From the NCBI RefSeq assembly GCF_006345805.1, contig NC_042999.1, forward strand, positions 43,462,001 to 43,526,000: a stretch of DNA of 64,000 nt, given 5' to 3'. Positions 1 through 14,146 of this stretch are shown here, piece after piece. Origin of the DNA: Octopus sinensis (Eukaryota). The notes under the pieces are model-generated. The model did not search any database and was not told the origin of the DNA. It saw only the letters and a program-made list of their open reading frames with translations. Every line of letters begins with the position of its first letter. The stretch's first letter is position 1. The position numbers and the translations under genes are program-made.

Positions 1-57
1 AGCCACATCTGTGCCTAGAGCTCAAAATTCCAGCACCATAGGCGTAGTGATCTTAGA

Positions 58-766
58 GGAGCACTCCGTCGATTGCAACGACGAGGGTCCTAGCTGATAC
101 GATCAACAAAACAGTTTACTCTTTTACTTGTTTCATTCATTTGACTGCGGCCATGCTGGAGCACCACCTTTAGTCGAGCAAATCAAGCACAACAGGACTT
201 ATTTTTTGTAAGCCCAGTACTTATTCTATCGGTCTCTTTTGCCAAACCGCTAACTTACGGGGACGTAAACACACCCGTATCGGTTGTCAAGCGATGTTGG
301 TGGGGACAAACACAGACGCACAAACACACACACACATATATACGACAGGCTTCTTTCAGTTTCTGTCTACCAAATCCACTCACAAGGCTTTGGTCAGCCC
401 GAGGCTATAGTAGAAGACACTTGCCCAAGGTGCCATGCAGTGGGACTGAACCCGGAACCATGTGGTTGGTAAGCAAGCTACTTACCACACAGCCACTCCT
501 GCTCATGAAATTAATGTGTAAGTGGCTGAGCACTCCACAAACACGTGTACCCTTAACGTAGTTCTTGGAGAGATTCAGCGTGACACAGTGTGTGACAAGG
601 CTGGCCCTTTGAAATACAGGTACTACTCATTTTTGCCAGTTGAGTGGACTGGAGCAACGTGAAATAAAGTGTCTTGCTCAAGGACACAACGCGCCGTTGG
701 GAATTGAACTCACGACCTTACGATCGTGAGCCAAATGCCCCTAACCACTAAACCATGCACCTTCAC
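58..766 (-). mobile_element. tRNA-derived SINE family C, split by a nested SINE-A (117-500)
   Basis: Minus-strand tRNA-like head at about 700-766; central TTGAGCAAGACACTT motif; collinear with the copy at 22518-22840 once 117-500 is removed. Confidence 0.8.
117..500 (-). mobile_element. tRNA-derived SINE family A (about 400 bp, internal AT/AC microsatellite, AAAGAGT tail)
   Basis: Head AGGAGTGGCTGTGTGG (A box) and GGTTCAGTCCC (B box); tail GACTGAAACAAGTAAAAGAGT; more than 15 similar copies in the window. Confidence 0.9.
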
Positions 767-1085
767 AATAGTGAAGTGATCTTAATATGCAATCTTAATA
801 CTGTAGTATCTTAATATGCAATAAAGCTCATAGAAACAAGGGGCCAGATGAACCAGGAGCACCATAAAATGAAATCTTCGGCAGCTCAGATGATTACCTA
901 GATGTAGCAGGTAGCTTCAGTTATCTGAGTGATATAATTACAATGGATATACAGAGAGTAGAGAAATTGGAATTAGAAAGGCATTAATGTTCAGAGAGCT
1001 GTTAAATTTGCTGGCGACAAAAGGTTTCTTCAATGTAAATTATATGTAGTTAGAGCAAGAAGTATGCTCATAGCAGAAAGGCACG

Positions 1086-1469
1086 GGAGTGGCTGTGTGG
1101 TAAGTAGCTTGATTACCAACCACATGGTTCCGGGTTCAGTCCCACTGTGTGGCACCTTGGGTAAGTGACTTCTACTATAGCCTCGGGCCGACCAGTCTTG
1201 CGAGTGGATTTGGTAGACGGAAACTGAAAGAAGCCTGTCGTATATATGTATATATATATATGCGTGTGTGTGTTTGTCCCCCTAGCATTGCTTGACAACC
1301 GATGCTGGTGTGTTTATGTCACCGTCACTTAGCGGTTCGGTAAAAAGAGACCGATAGAATAAGTACTGGGCTTACAAAGAATAAGTCCCGGGGTCGATTT
1401 GCTCGACTAAAGGCACTGCTCCAGCACGGCCGCAGTCAAATGACTGAAACAAGTAAAAGAGTAAAGAGT
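1086..1469 (+). mobile_element. SINE-A, full length
   Basis: Same head, internal microsatellite and tail as 117-500. Confidence 0.9.
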
Positions 1470-2016
1470 ATTAAGTGTAGAATATCTGCAGAGGCTAGAA
1501 ACTTTCACTAACTTAAGTTCAGGAACAGCAGCATGGTTGCAAAGTTCATTTGACAACCACATGGGTTTGGTTCTGCTGCATGGCATTATCAGCAAGTGTC
1601 TTCTACTACAAGCACCAAGATGACCAAAGCCTTGTAAAAAGATCTGGTAGCTGAAATCTGAAAAAGACCCATCATGTGTATGTGTGAGTTGTTTTGTGTT
1701 GACATTCTGCAATGCTCCATGAAAACATGTCCAGCCATTGTGCTGCTGGTGTTAGGACTAGGAGAAATATCTTGCTTGGAATTAGATGAAGGTTTGGTGA
1801 CAAGAAGAACATCTAGCCATAGAAGATCTGCTTTAACAAATTTCATGTAACCTGTGCAAGACTGGAAAAGAGAATATTAAAATGATAATGATGAAGGAAC
1901 TGGTCAACTTGACATTTTAACCCGGATCATGTCTGCGCCAAATACATACAGCTTGCTAGACTAATTCATCGAAATTTGAGACTTAGCTGTCTTGGCCATA
2001 GATGCTGAGTAAAGTT

Positions 2017-2367
2017 CATCATCATCACCATCTTCGATCAGCGTCCACTTTCCATGCTAGCATGGGTTGGACGGTTCAACTGGGGTCTGGGAAGCCAGAC
2101 GGCTGCACCAGGCCCAGTCTGATCTGGCAATGTTTCTACAGCTGGATGCCCTTCCTAACGCCAACCACTCCGTGAGTGTAGTGTGTGCTTTCTAGGTGCC
2201 AGACAAGGCTGACAAACGGCCATGATCGGATGGTGCTATTTACGTGCCAACGGCACGGGAGCCAGGCAAGGCTGGCAACAGCCACAATCGGATAGTGCTT
2301 TTTACGTGCCACTGGCACGAGGCGGTGCCACCGGCACGGGGCGGTGCTGGCAACGGCAAGCGCCGCA
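2017..2367 (-). mobile_element. RTE LINE 3' UTR fragment with (GAT)n tail
   Basis: Reverse complement of the 3' end of the LINE at 17700-18085. Confidence 0.85.
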
Positions 2368-3339
2368 TATGATTATTAACTTCTATGAATGATGGAGCAC
2401 AAGTGAATGAAAGGCCACTTGAGCAGCATAAACAACAGTTAATGTTGTGGTTAGGGCCCATGAGCAAAGAAATTCAAATCATGACTATTGCTTATCAAAA
2501 CCTCCAACCCATGATAACATGGTAAGTGTACACAAAATTATGATATATATATATGCACACACATTATTAGTCACTCAAAAATCTTGGTAGCAGTATGCTG
2601 ACAACACTTCACTGAGGAGATCTAATAAGGCTGAAACATGTCTACAGTTACAAAAATAAGACACACCCTCATCCCTACCTATCTTTAATTTTTGATCAAT
2701 TGAAATGTTGGGACTTGTTTCCATTGCTCCATTTGCGAGTCGTGGTCATCAATGTTCATGAATTTATTTCTCATCGTAGGTATAATTTCAACAGATTAAA
2801 AATTTTCAGTTCATTGCACTCTGTATGGCTGCCTACATTTAACTACTAGAATAAATTTCTTACAATTTTTACAACATCAAATACAGATCTTAGGCCACAT
2901 CCAAGACTGCCCCACCACCATCACTGAATGGCACATCAACACACTTCAACCTTTGACCCCGACATACTGTTCTGTCTCACTTTCTCTCCCACCACTACAA
3001 CAGTGGCTGCTGCTTCTTGGAGCCACTGGTTTCTTGGTACCTCCATCCAAGCATTCTTCACTCAAATGTTTCTTCTCTCATTACTCATTATTGTGTATCC
3101 CTTCCCTAGTTCTATGCCAATTCCAACCACTTAAATCCCAAGAGTGTCCACCCTCTGGAATTCCTTTTCTGCTCGTTTTTACAGCAGCTGTCACCCTGAA
3201 ACTATTCAAGAGTTTTAATCTTTGTAGGCCCACAATCACCATCAATGCAAACATGCCACTGCTATAAAAAAAATGACAAAAATTTGTCTTCCCATTTTGA
3301 GTCAAAAATCCCACCAAGACAGACTACTTTTCATTTGTC

Positions 3340-3390
3340 TCAGGGGTCAGTAATGTACTAGTCCTAGACTAGTACATTACAGACCCCTGA
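3340..3390. repeat. 51-nt near-perfect palindrome with hAT-like CAGGGGTC ends
   Basis: 24-position stem with one A-A mismatch and a 3-nt loop; followed by a 35-bp tandem duplication (3389-3458). Confidence 0.85.
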
Positions 3391-3949
3391 TTCAAATCAA
3401 CGATGTCCCTCCCTTACAAATTTGATTCAAATCAACGATGTTCCTCCCTTACAAATTTGTGGCCTTGAACCAAAGTTCAAAATAAATATTTCAATAAGAA
3501 TTCTCAAATGTCACGGAGAAAGAGGATCCTCTTGAAATGAGAATGTAATCTGGCTTTCATTATTAAATGTTCAGTCTGTTGAGTCAGAAGAGGAACAGCA
3601 GCATCCATGACATCTACAAATTCTCAAAGATCAGTGATAGAAAGGAAGAGAAAGCAAAACTCATCAGACCAAATTCCATCTGATGGCTTTTTTGCTCACA
3701 AGAATTGGATTGTTTATCATGCTCCTAGTAAAGAGTCTGAATTTTGCATTCATGCACATTGATGCATCCATGTAACATTAGAGTCTTATCACTATCAGCC
3801 AGGCCTCAAAAACTCTGCTTTCCACTATGAGATGGTTGGTGATAGACACAAGACAGAATTTAAACTCAAAATGCCACCATAACAGATGTATCACAAAGCA
3901 TCACACCTGATGTTCCAACAATTTTACCAATCCTCCATTGGTACTTTAT

Positions 3950-4168
3950 CCCTTTAGTATTTAAACCAGCCATATCCAGCCAAAATATTTAATCTGTTTT
4001 ATGTTCAAACTGACCAGATCCAGGCTCTCGCACCTACCCTACAATGTTATTCTACATTAGGTAATTACACCATCAAGATCTTGAAGATATGAGATAATGC
4101 ATGATTAATTCAAATCAATGTGAATCAATAAGTATTAAGTTTGATAGAATAATCTGAACGCTAAAGGG
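3950..4168. mobile_element. piggyBac-like MITE
   Basis: CCCTTTAG...CTAAAGGG ends, TTAT on both sides; same family as 26971-27414. Confidence 0.7.
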
Positions 4169-6241
4169 TTATTACAGATCTTGAATGGGTTAAGAACAGA
4201 GTTTTAGACTTGAGAGCAGAGCCTAAACAAATACCACAAAGCATTCTGTGACTCTAATGGTACTGCAAATCCGCTGTCTTTGTTTTCACTGCTTCAAGAA
4301 AATATAAGATGGGAAGCGGGATTTTTAGGTTCTGTATAAGAGCAAAATGTTTTGAATGCAGAGAGAATATTTTGGACACGCTAACAGGAGTAACACTCAC
4401 CTATCAAAGATGGCAAATGCTCTTCTTAATAATTGTGCCCTTGCAATAACATTATATAATCAGCTCACAGCTTGTTTTCAAATCTAATAATACACCATTC
4501 AGAAGCAACAATTATATTGTATTATGTATAAAAATAGGCTAAACTTTGTATGTTTATACTTATGCTAGAGTCATAGATTCAGCATGATAAGTACATTGTG
4601 ACAACAACAACAACAACCATATGCCAATATTTGAGAATACATGGTTACCCAGTACCTTATCAAACGCAAGATCTTCCTCTCAACTTTGTTACCTTTTACA
4701 AACAGATAGTGGCATATATTTTTACCCACAGATATATACATAGTACCCATTCTCAGCTCTTATCAATTAAGATGAGATTTACACTTGAAATAATGATTAC
4801 CAAACACATATGCCTTTACATAAGTATATTATCTAAAAACCTAAGTGGACAGACTGTGTAGTTGTGTAGATACAATGTGGTAGGATAAATAGATATGTTA
4901 TGGTGTAAGTGTTTAAAAAGTTTTCATAAACTCCATAAAAGCATTATAATTATGATTTCTTACATAAACACAGCTACACATTTAGGGGCACAGAATATAT
5001 GATCATATCAACCAAGTATTTGACTAGTATCTTTTTTTCTTGAAGAGTGAAGGGCAAAATCAAATTTGAAATCAAGAAATGCAAGAGTCATAACTAAATA
5101 ATGCAAATTTCATCTCATGCACAATTTGAACTAAAAAAAAAAATGCATGAAGCTTTTGTCCAATGAATGCTTTATAAGTATTTTGCCAATGATAAATAAT
5201 ACTTTCAATTTTTTTATTAAATTATTTGAGATCTTAAAAAAAAAAATGGGTCCTTAAATAGGGCAACAGATATGTGGACAGAATTTGAGTGAATACAAAC
5301 ACCATAGTTTTAACATCCACTCTTCCATGCTTGCATGGGTTAGATGAAGTCTATTAAGGCAGATTTTCTATAGCTGAATGCCCTTCCCAGCACCAATCCT
5401 CACCTGTTTCCAAGTAAGGTAATATTTCCTCATGGCCAGCCATGTCCTTGCAGAATATTGGTAATGAATGGCATTGCCTGTACGATATTTGTGATTTGAA
5501 GACAAGGAGACACAACATACACACACACACACACAACAAGCTTCTTAAAGTTTCCATCTTCCGAATCCATTCAAAAGGCTTTGGTTGGCCCACAGCTATA
5601 GTACAAAACACTTGCCCAGGGCTCCATGCACCGAGACTGAACCCCAAAACCATGCGATTGAGCAGCAAACTGCTGAACTGCACAGCTGCACCTGCACCTA
5701 TGTAGCAAGATAAATATAGAAATAAATGGTAGCCAACATGACAGTTCCGAAGATAGTAACAAAAATTCTCCCAATGTTTCTTCTATTACAACATTATAAT
5801 ATCACAAGAGACTGGCATAATTAATTGCTAATGATGCAACAATTTACTTGTGAAAATGTTAGCCAATTAGGAAATCACTATGCAGAAACCAGATCTGCTA
5901 GAAATAGCAGCCGAGTTTTCCTCAAACACCACTCTAGATACACTGTGTCTGAAATCAAGATGGAGAAATCATGGCTTTTAATGCCTTTGATCATAGGTAT
6001 ATTAAATGAGTGCTAATTCGGAGCGTAAACAACAATGATTAGAACAGGATTATTTCAAAATCCTAGCACAACAGGAAAAAAAACCAATGAGAAGGAAATG
6101 CTAAATAAATCAATTAACTTGCAAATAATATGAGTCCAGAGTTAATTCCTAATCCCAAGAATAACATTCCCAACCTTAAACCAAGAGGGTCACTGTTAAG
6201 AACTTAACTGACCCACAGGGTTTTTTTTTTTTATTTTGCGC

Positions 6242-6445
6242 AGGAGTGGCTGTGTGGTAAGTAGCTTGCTTACCAACCACATGGTTCCAGGTTCAGTCCC
6301 ACTGCGTGGCATCTTGGGCAAGTGTCTTCTACTATAGCCTCGGGCCAACCAAAACCTTGTGAGTGGATTTGGTAGACGGAAACTGAAAGAAGCCCGTCGT
6401 ATACATGTGTATATATATATATATATGTGTGTGTGTATGTCTGTG
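6242..6445 (+). mobile_element. SINE-A 5' half
   Basis: Intact head through the internal microsatellite. Confidence 0.85.
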
Positions 6446-6842
6446 AGTTGTGCCTTGAAGGATAACTTTTTAGGTGCAAGCCCATGGTCTTTTATGACCG
6501 AGGGGGTGACTCCTTCCTCCTTACTATGCTGTAAAAATGTTGGTGAAAAGAAGTGCATCCAGCTATAAAAACCTGTCTCCTCTCTACAACCCCAAAAAAG
6601 TAACCAGCAGAAGAGCAGTCTCTGCAGGCCACAGCAAAGCAAGCATAATTCTGCAGATAATTTCTACAGTATCACTGTCATGATAAAATGTATCTAGTCC
6701 ATATTGTCATATAGTCCCACTAGTGCTAATCTCAAGATAAAATACACATAGTCCCGGTACATCAGATGACCAAAGGCCATGAGATTACACAAGGCCCATT
6801 TAACCCATGCTACCAGAAAAAAAAAAACAACAGGTGTGTAAT

Positions 6843-7140
6843 GATGATCATCATCATCGTTTAACGTCCGTTCTCCATGCTAGCATGGGTTGGATGGTTC
6901 GACCGGGGATCTGGGAAGCCAGAAGGCTGCCCTTCCTAACGCCAACCACTCCGTGAGTGTAGTGGGTGCTTTTTACGTGCCACCCACACAGGTGCCAGGC
7001 GAGGCTGGCAACGGCCACAGTCGGATTGGTGCATTTTACGTGCCACCGACACGGAAGCCAGTCGAGGCAGCGCTGGCATCGGCCACAATTCAGATAGTGC
7101 TTTTTACGTACCACCAGTCCAGGGGTCCTGGCATCTGCCG
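6843..7140 (-). mobile_element. RTE LINE 3' UTR fragment with internal deletion
   Basis: CATCATCGTTTAACGTCCG...CCATGCTAGCATGGGTTGG signature. Confidence 0.85.
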
Positions 7141-10100
7141 GGTGCCAGTCATAGGATTGGTTCAATTTCGAAATGATCTTAATGTATCTAGGATTACACA
7201 GACCAATGTACTCTTCCATTTTACCCTAAGACATTCAATGTGATTTGAAGATTTCACTATTATTTCTAACAGGTGAAGCCTACCATGAAGAGGTTCCCAT
7301 GTTGGCTGACAGTATTATCACTGCTATGACAGGAAAAGTTAGCATAATGAAGAGGCCTTATTTAAATAGACTGATGAACAATGGGCTGTAAGATCACATA
7401 GTGACCAGAAGTTCTTATGACAACAGCCAAACATTATACACTAACACAATAAGAGGGCCTCAAAACATTGTTACCTAATCTGCTTAAAAGAGCAGCCAAA
7501 TTTCTCTAAAACTACACACAACCATCATTAGGAAAATTAAACAAGATAAAGTATGAAGAGGTATTTTATGCTTGGAAAATATGTGATGGTCATATCTATA
7601 AAACACCTTTGATTATAGTTCAATCAAAGCTGACTTGGGTCTAAGCAACACAACTACGAAATTAGGTTCCACTCTTAATTCCTATGCAATATTAACTCCA
7701 AGTTCTCATCTCTAAAGTGGCATTTTTTTTTTTTTGATCCCTATCAAGAAAATCTCTACTGCCTTTGTAGAATCCTCCCATTTTTTCATGCACTTCCAAA
7801 ATTCTGCAAAAAATCTAAGTGGCCATGGGTAAATATTACCTTGCTTGGAAACAATGATGGGCACCCGGCCATAGAAAATCTGCCTTAATAAGCTCCGTCC
7901 AACCCATGGAAAACATGGACGTTAAATCGATGATAATCACACAACAATGGAACCTGAACGTTCTAAACTTCAACAGTAGCAAAATTACTGCCCTTAACAA
8001 CAGCAAAGCCATCAGTTATATCGGGAGTATCAACACCAGCTTCCCTTTCAATAAGATTGGAAATTCCCAATCAGATCTGACAGTACTCACCCCCAAACCA
8101 CATCTATCAACTCGGGTACATCAGGGTCTACACAACACCCATCCCATGCATTACAGCACTCAGCTAAAGTCCTTAAAGTTAATACAATTACTAGGCCTTA
8201 CAATTTCTGCAAATCTCTCGTAACTACAAATATTGCAAAAACTGCATCTCAAATGCTGAGGTTCCTTTTAAAAATTAGAATAAAAATTTCATCCCGGTCC
8301 AGTGCTTTCCATCTATAAAACTTATGTATAACCCGTAATAGAGTCTAATACTCTATAGTCAGTTTCTTCTTTATTTATCTTCTGCCGTGACTACATGCAG
8401 TCGTTTTTGTCCTGAACCAGCTTGTACCTATATTTTACGGGCTTACTCGCGGCACTTATCTGTCACGATTCCCACTGCCTCGCCCTAACCAGTGAAATTT
8501 TTAGTATAATCCCAATTATTTTACCTCAGAACCAGAAATACTGTCCAAATTCCTCTATAGGCGTCAATTTACAAAGGTTTAGACAGAACATCGCCTGCAC
8601 TTCAGGTTAGTCTGGTAGGACCTCCAAAAGTCAAGAGGTCTGATCCTCATATAATTTATTTTTATCTTAATGTCAACACGGATGTGCGTATAACAGTGCG
8701 TGTGTATATATATATATATATATCTGTCTAAATAACGATGTGAACCACTAAGGCCATAGCGCATATTTACTTTTCACTAAAAGCGTGTATCGACCACTTT
8801 GCAAAGAGTATTTATTTGTGTATATAGTTATATATAAGTATATAAAATTGTGTGTGTACCTAAAATAAAATGATGTGACGAAGCGGTATCGTGTCATATT
8901 ATTTATATTTATAAAGTGATTAACGTCACAAATGTTTTTCACATGTTCAACAATAAATAAGCCAGATACCAAATGAGGAAAATAAAATAAAGAAGTTCGG
9001 GACTATTAGGTACATAAAGTATTGTTATGATTACCGTTATTATATTTACTATCGTGTACTACGTTAGAAAATTAGCTGAAGATGAAAATAATTCGGATAT
9101 CCAAGTTTAACTCTTTGTTTTTGTTATTCTTTGAATTTTTCTTCGATTTACAATATTCAATAATTTCATAGCCTGCTCCAACATTTTAACGATTTATTTA
9201 GACCTTGAATAATAAACACGAGATTTAATTTTGTGAGAACAACAAAACAAAACGAAAAGAACGACGGTTGTTGTTGCGAATAGTTCTGATATGAGACCTT
9301 AGCAAAACACGATCCAAAACGTCTCCCCCTTCACGCAAACATTACACGTACGATGTTATTTTTTTAAAGAAGGGATAAATGGTTTCGTCATCGGACAATA
9401 TTATGTCACTAGAATTTTGTATCTCACTCGACTGATTACAACCAATGTTGTAAGAGAAATAAATCGAAGGGTGATTTTTTTTTCCTTGAGTATAAACAAA
9501 CAGTTCAGTTACATAAACACGAGATAGACAGAGACAGGAAAAACGTGAAAAGGAAAAATAAAATGTGTCATTTAGCTTTTTTATAACAGCTTTTTGTTCT
9601 GTCCGAGAGTAGAGGGAGGTTTTACTCCTGCTCCCCACTACATCAACTGCCACGTGCATACATATGATCGGCAGAATAGGAAAGGCCAAGACTGATGCCG
9701 AAATCAGCAGATAAATTAACCCCCCACACCATCATTGAACTACATCAGTAAGGCACACACCACAACCCTTGCTCTGCGATTACAGCTTATTTTCAAGGTA
9801 CGATTAAATGCATTTGGAACAATCTACTCATCGCAAATAGGAACGTGTTTACTAATAAAATGAATAAATAAGACGAACAAGGACGGGTTTGTGTGCGTAT
9901 ATACACATATACATACATAGATGCGCTAGTGATTTTGTGCGAATTTGTTATTGTACAACAATCAGGTCATAAACAACAATTCGACGAAATTCTAAACAAT
10001 ATTTTTCTCTTCACATTTCGATTTAATTATTAGACTAGCTAGAAAAATTTATTTTATGACAATAAATGCTGTGTTTTCGTAGAAAAAAAAAAGAAAATGT

Positions 10101-10807
10101 AGAGGGAATGAGAGAAAGAAATTGCTTAAAAATCAAAGACAGCTTCAACGACACCGACATGGCAGTCTCGAAGAGTCGGGAGGACACAGTGACACACAAA
10201 AATACAGACGGCTTGTTTATAAGGAGGGGGCAAAAAGCTGCGAATGATTGTACGTGTGTGTGTATGAGAAGTGGAACGAATAAATATAATGAAGACGACA
10301 TCGACCATATATATATATATTTGGGATAGGGAGATATTTATCAGTCGTTCTAACTTAAAATAAACCGACCGAGATAAAAAGTTCACAACAGGGTTGTTTC
10401 ATGTAAAACAATGTAATTAGATACACGTTCTGTTTAATACAAAAGCCATTTTAAAAATGTTTTAAGAAGACGGGAAATAATAAACGAACGAAAAAACAAT
10501 GAGATAACCAAAGTCGGCCTAATAATATTTTCGCGGGAACTTAGGCTGTAGACATTTAATTTCAAAGTCAGACTGAGCGCACCTTGGACAGTAGTCGACC
10601 TCCACAATACTTATAAAGACAACTCCAGTCCAAAACAGCAGCCACCATGTAATAACAGCGAACAGAAATTTGTACGGAATCTTTAAAGAAAGGCCATAAC
10701 TAACAGATGAACTTACCTAGCTTTCCTTATTTACAAAAATGAGAATGTTTTTCTTGACCTAATATTCTCTCGGAATGGTCCGAATCTCCTCCACCTCGCC
10801 GTGCCGC

Positions 10808-10860
10808 ACTTACATTCACCATTCGATTTCACCGGAAGTTTGCAACGAGACCACGTGATT
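10808..10860 (-). promoter_or_regulatory. Putative housekeeping-type promoter and first exon of a minus-strand gene
   Basis: ETS motif CCGGAAGT 10832-10839; E-box CACGTG 10852-10857; minus strand reads ATG GTG AAT then GTAAGT donor (10822-10808); lies in a repeat-free island. Confidence 0.4.
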
Positions 10861-11788
10861 ACGCCCTTTCATTAGATACGAAACACGCACTGCCTTAACT
10901 CCCTTCTCTCCAAATGAGCAACAATGTTCCACAACATCATCTGTTGTAGTTTTGTTCTTTTTTTCCTCTCTCTCTCTCTCACTTTCTCTATAATTGCATT
11001 CAACTTTTCAACTTCTTTCTCAAAATAAAATGACAAAATGCACATAGATATTATATGGTGTTATTTAAATTATTTATACCTAATTTTTCGTTCTACAGCA
11101 TGATAATCTAGATAAACATAGTGGTTAATTATTTTGCAAAATAATAATTTTTTTTTAAATATTTAATTATATTGAAAACCATTTGATAATATGGATATAT
11201 TCGATAATATTACGAATTATAAAAATTATATGCAGTTCAAACAAACATTTTCGAAGAAGTGTTAGTGTTTTAATTCAACAAGCTACTTTTAAATTTAAAT
11301 TTAATAAAATTGTAAAGATGAGAGCTAATTTATTTATATATCTCTTACTGTCTTATTTCGGAGCAAAATAACTCTTTTAGCCAAATCAAAACCGCCACAA
11401 CATTCCATCTAAACGTTCTTATTATGTGACTTGAACTCGAAAATTAAAATACTGTTTACTTGCTTCAGGTAAAAGTTTTCTCTAATATTTATTAAGTTTT
11501 TGAAAAACGAAATTTACTTCATGTCACTCGCCCATTCTCTCCTGCATAGTTCAGTTGATAGAGAAACAGGCGTGAGTATTCTATCTTATTTGTGGACATA
11601 TATTTATTCTCCTTTAAACTCGTTATAAACAAAATCTTATTTACGACATGCTTATATATGCTCAGTGTTTACATAGCGGGATGAGTTCTTTTGACCTCAT
11701 ATAATCAGCAGAAGTCAATACAAATACACGTGTATAATTTGTGCTGAAAGTTTTCAATTTTCAACAGTAAACTAAAGGGTCTCTAAGC

Positions 11789-11944
11789 TAGTGGTTTTCA
11801 ACCTTTTTAATATCCAAGCCACTCCCAAAGCTCACTTTTTTGGAGGAGCCGCAATTATATTTATAGAGGGAAGAGCGTCGAGGGCTGTCAGAAGGATGCA
11901 TAAAGGCTGCTTAAAGCCTTGTAAGCCGCAGTTGAGAACTGCTG
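11789..11944. mobile_element. hAT (Charlie-like) MITE
   Basis: TIRs TAGTGGTTTTCAAC / GTTGAGAACTGCTG; 8-bp TSD CTCTAAGC / CTGTAAGC. Confidence 0.7.
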
Positions 11945-12632
11945 CTGTAAGCAGTCGCTCGACCTGCTAGAAATAGCAGCTAAATTAGCCTGAAATCACA
12001 CTTACTGAAAAGAAAAACAAATGACGCAATAGACAATATCAACACAAAACACTCTTTAAAATAGTGTGGTTAGCTGAAATGACCATCCAAACTGCTTTTA
12101 TCAGTTGAGAAGGAAACACCCGTAACTTTTACAGAACCTACGAGACAGAGAGAAGAGAGGTATCAGCTTAGTGTAGATATGACCTGAATGCTTAGAACAG
12201 ATAGGACTTTCACAAGGTGCCAAGACTTTGGTGTTATATCAAGAGATGGATTCAGTCCACCATGGTAAGATTTTAACAAAGAACACAAAATGTCTGAACA
12301 AGTACCTCCAGGCATCCAGTCCAATATCCATAATCCCACCAATCAACCTCTCTTCATGTGTACTTTTTTATGGACTCTGAAAGGATGAATGGCAAAGCTG
12401 ACCTCAGCACAATGACATAGGTAGATTGTGTGGGCCACCTGGGCAGCACTTGAGTTATACCTTCTCATCCCCTTGAGTTCTCTAAGCCTTATACAACAAA
12501 CCCAAAAGTGCCACACCCTTAAAAGCATCACCCAGAGTGGACAACTCCCTCACCTCCTAACAGCTTTTCCAATGCACCTCCTAAAATGCATACCATAATT
12601 TAATTTAGTTTTTATTTAGCAGGGGTTGTATA

Positions 12633-12844
12633 TACTCTTTTACTTGTTTCAGTCATTTGACTGCGGCCATGCTGGAGCACCGCCTTTAGTCGATCAAATT
12701 GACCCCGGGGCTTATTCTTTGTAAGCCGAGTACTTATTCTATCGGTCTCTTTTTGCCGAACCGCTAAGTGATGGGGACGTAAACACACCAGCATCGGTTG
12801 TCAAGCAATGCTAGGGGGACAAACACAGACACACAAACACACAC

Positions 12845-12923
<79 letters not shown>

Positions 12924-13078
12924 TACGACAGGCTTCTTTCAGTTTCCGTCTACCAAATCCACTCACATGGCATTGGTCGGCCCGGGGCTATAGCAGAAGA
13001 CACTTGCCCAAGATGCCACGCAGTGGGACTGAACCCGCAACCGTGTGGTTGGTTAGCAAGCTACTTACCACACAGCCA
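12633..13078 (-). mobile_element. SINE-A, full length with long internal (AT)n
   Basis: Head, core and tail all present. Confidence 0.9.
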
Positions 13079-13420
13079 TCTGTAATTATATTCTAAAATT
13101 GGGTCATAAATTTGTAATACACTCCTTTTTATATTTGTTTCAGTGTCTCATTCTTCAAGAAACAAAAGAGGGCAACAGCTGTGCTGAAGGCACCTATTAA
13201 GGTAGAAACATGTATCAACAGCTGTCCTCTTGTCTCTAGACAGTCAAAAGTTTTTTTTCTACTTCTTTTTCATTTGGAACTGATCCCATCTGCTACGAAG
13301 TTATTGTTTTACCTTCTCTGGAAGAAGAGCTAATTTCATTGAATCAGGAATTTATCTTGTAGAGTAATTTAATACACACTGAGTTATTTCTCTCAATTAA
13401 TTTTCATTTTATATACTCTC

Positions 13421-13817
13421 TCTCTTTTACTTGTTTCAGTCATCTGACTGCGGCCATGCCGGAGCACCGCCTTTAGTCAAGCAAATCGACCCCAGGACTT
13501 ATACTTTGGCAGCCTAGTACTTATTCTATCGGTCTCTTTTGCCGAACCGCTAAGTTACGGGGAGGTAAACACACCACCATTGGTTGTCAAGCGATGTTGG
13601 GTGGACAAACACAGACACGCAAACATACACACACACACATATATATATATACATATATACGACAGGTTTTTTTCAGTTTCCGTCTACCAAATCCACTCAC
13701 AAGGTTCTGGTCGGCCCGAGGCTATAGTAGAAGACACTTGCCCAAGATGCCACGCAGTGGGAATGTACCCAGATCCCAGTAGTTGGTAAGCAAGCTACTT
13801 ACTACACAGCCACTCCT
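13421..13817 (-). mobile_element. SINE-A, full length
   Basis: Head, core and tail all present. Confidence 0.9.
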
Positions 13818-14064
13818 ACGCCTATATATATATAAATGTCATCATCATCATCATCATTTCACATCCAGTTTCCATGCTGGCATGAGTTGGACAGCTGGAC
13901 AGGAGCTGCCCAGGCTTCATGTCTGTTTTGGCATGGTTTTTATAGCTGGATGCCCTTCCTAATGCCAAACACTTTACAGAGTGTACTGGGCACTTTTACA
14001 CAGGACTGACATGGGTGCTCTTACATGGCACCAGCATAGGTTCCTTTTATATGGCACCAGCACC

Positions 14065-14098
<34 letters not shown>

Positions 14099-14146
14099 AT
14101 AATATATATATATTATATATATATATATATTATATATATATATATA

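Noticed and set aside
284-472. Recurrent ORFs such as MSSNARGTNTHTH...EPCGW and MLGGQTQT...
   Set aside because: Chance reading frames through SINE-A copies; they recur wherever the SINE does and span microsatellites
10590-10702. Possible second exon after MVN (LWPFFKDSVQ...)
   Set aside because: Purine-rich acceptor context, weak donor, two frames equally open, not recognised
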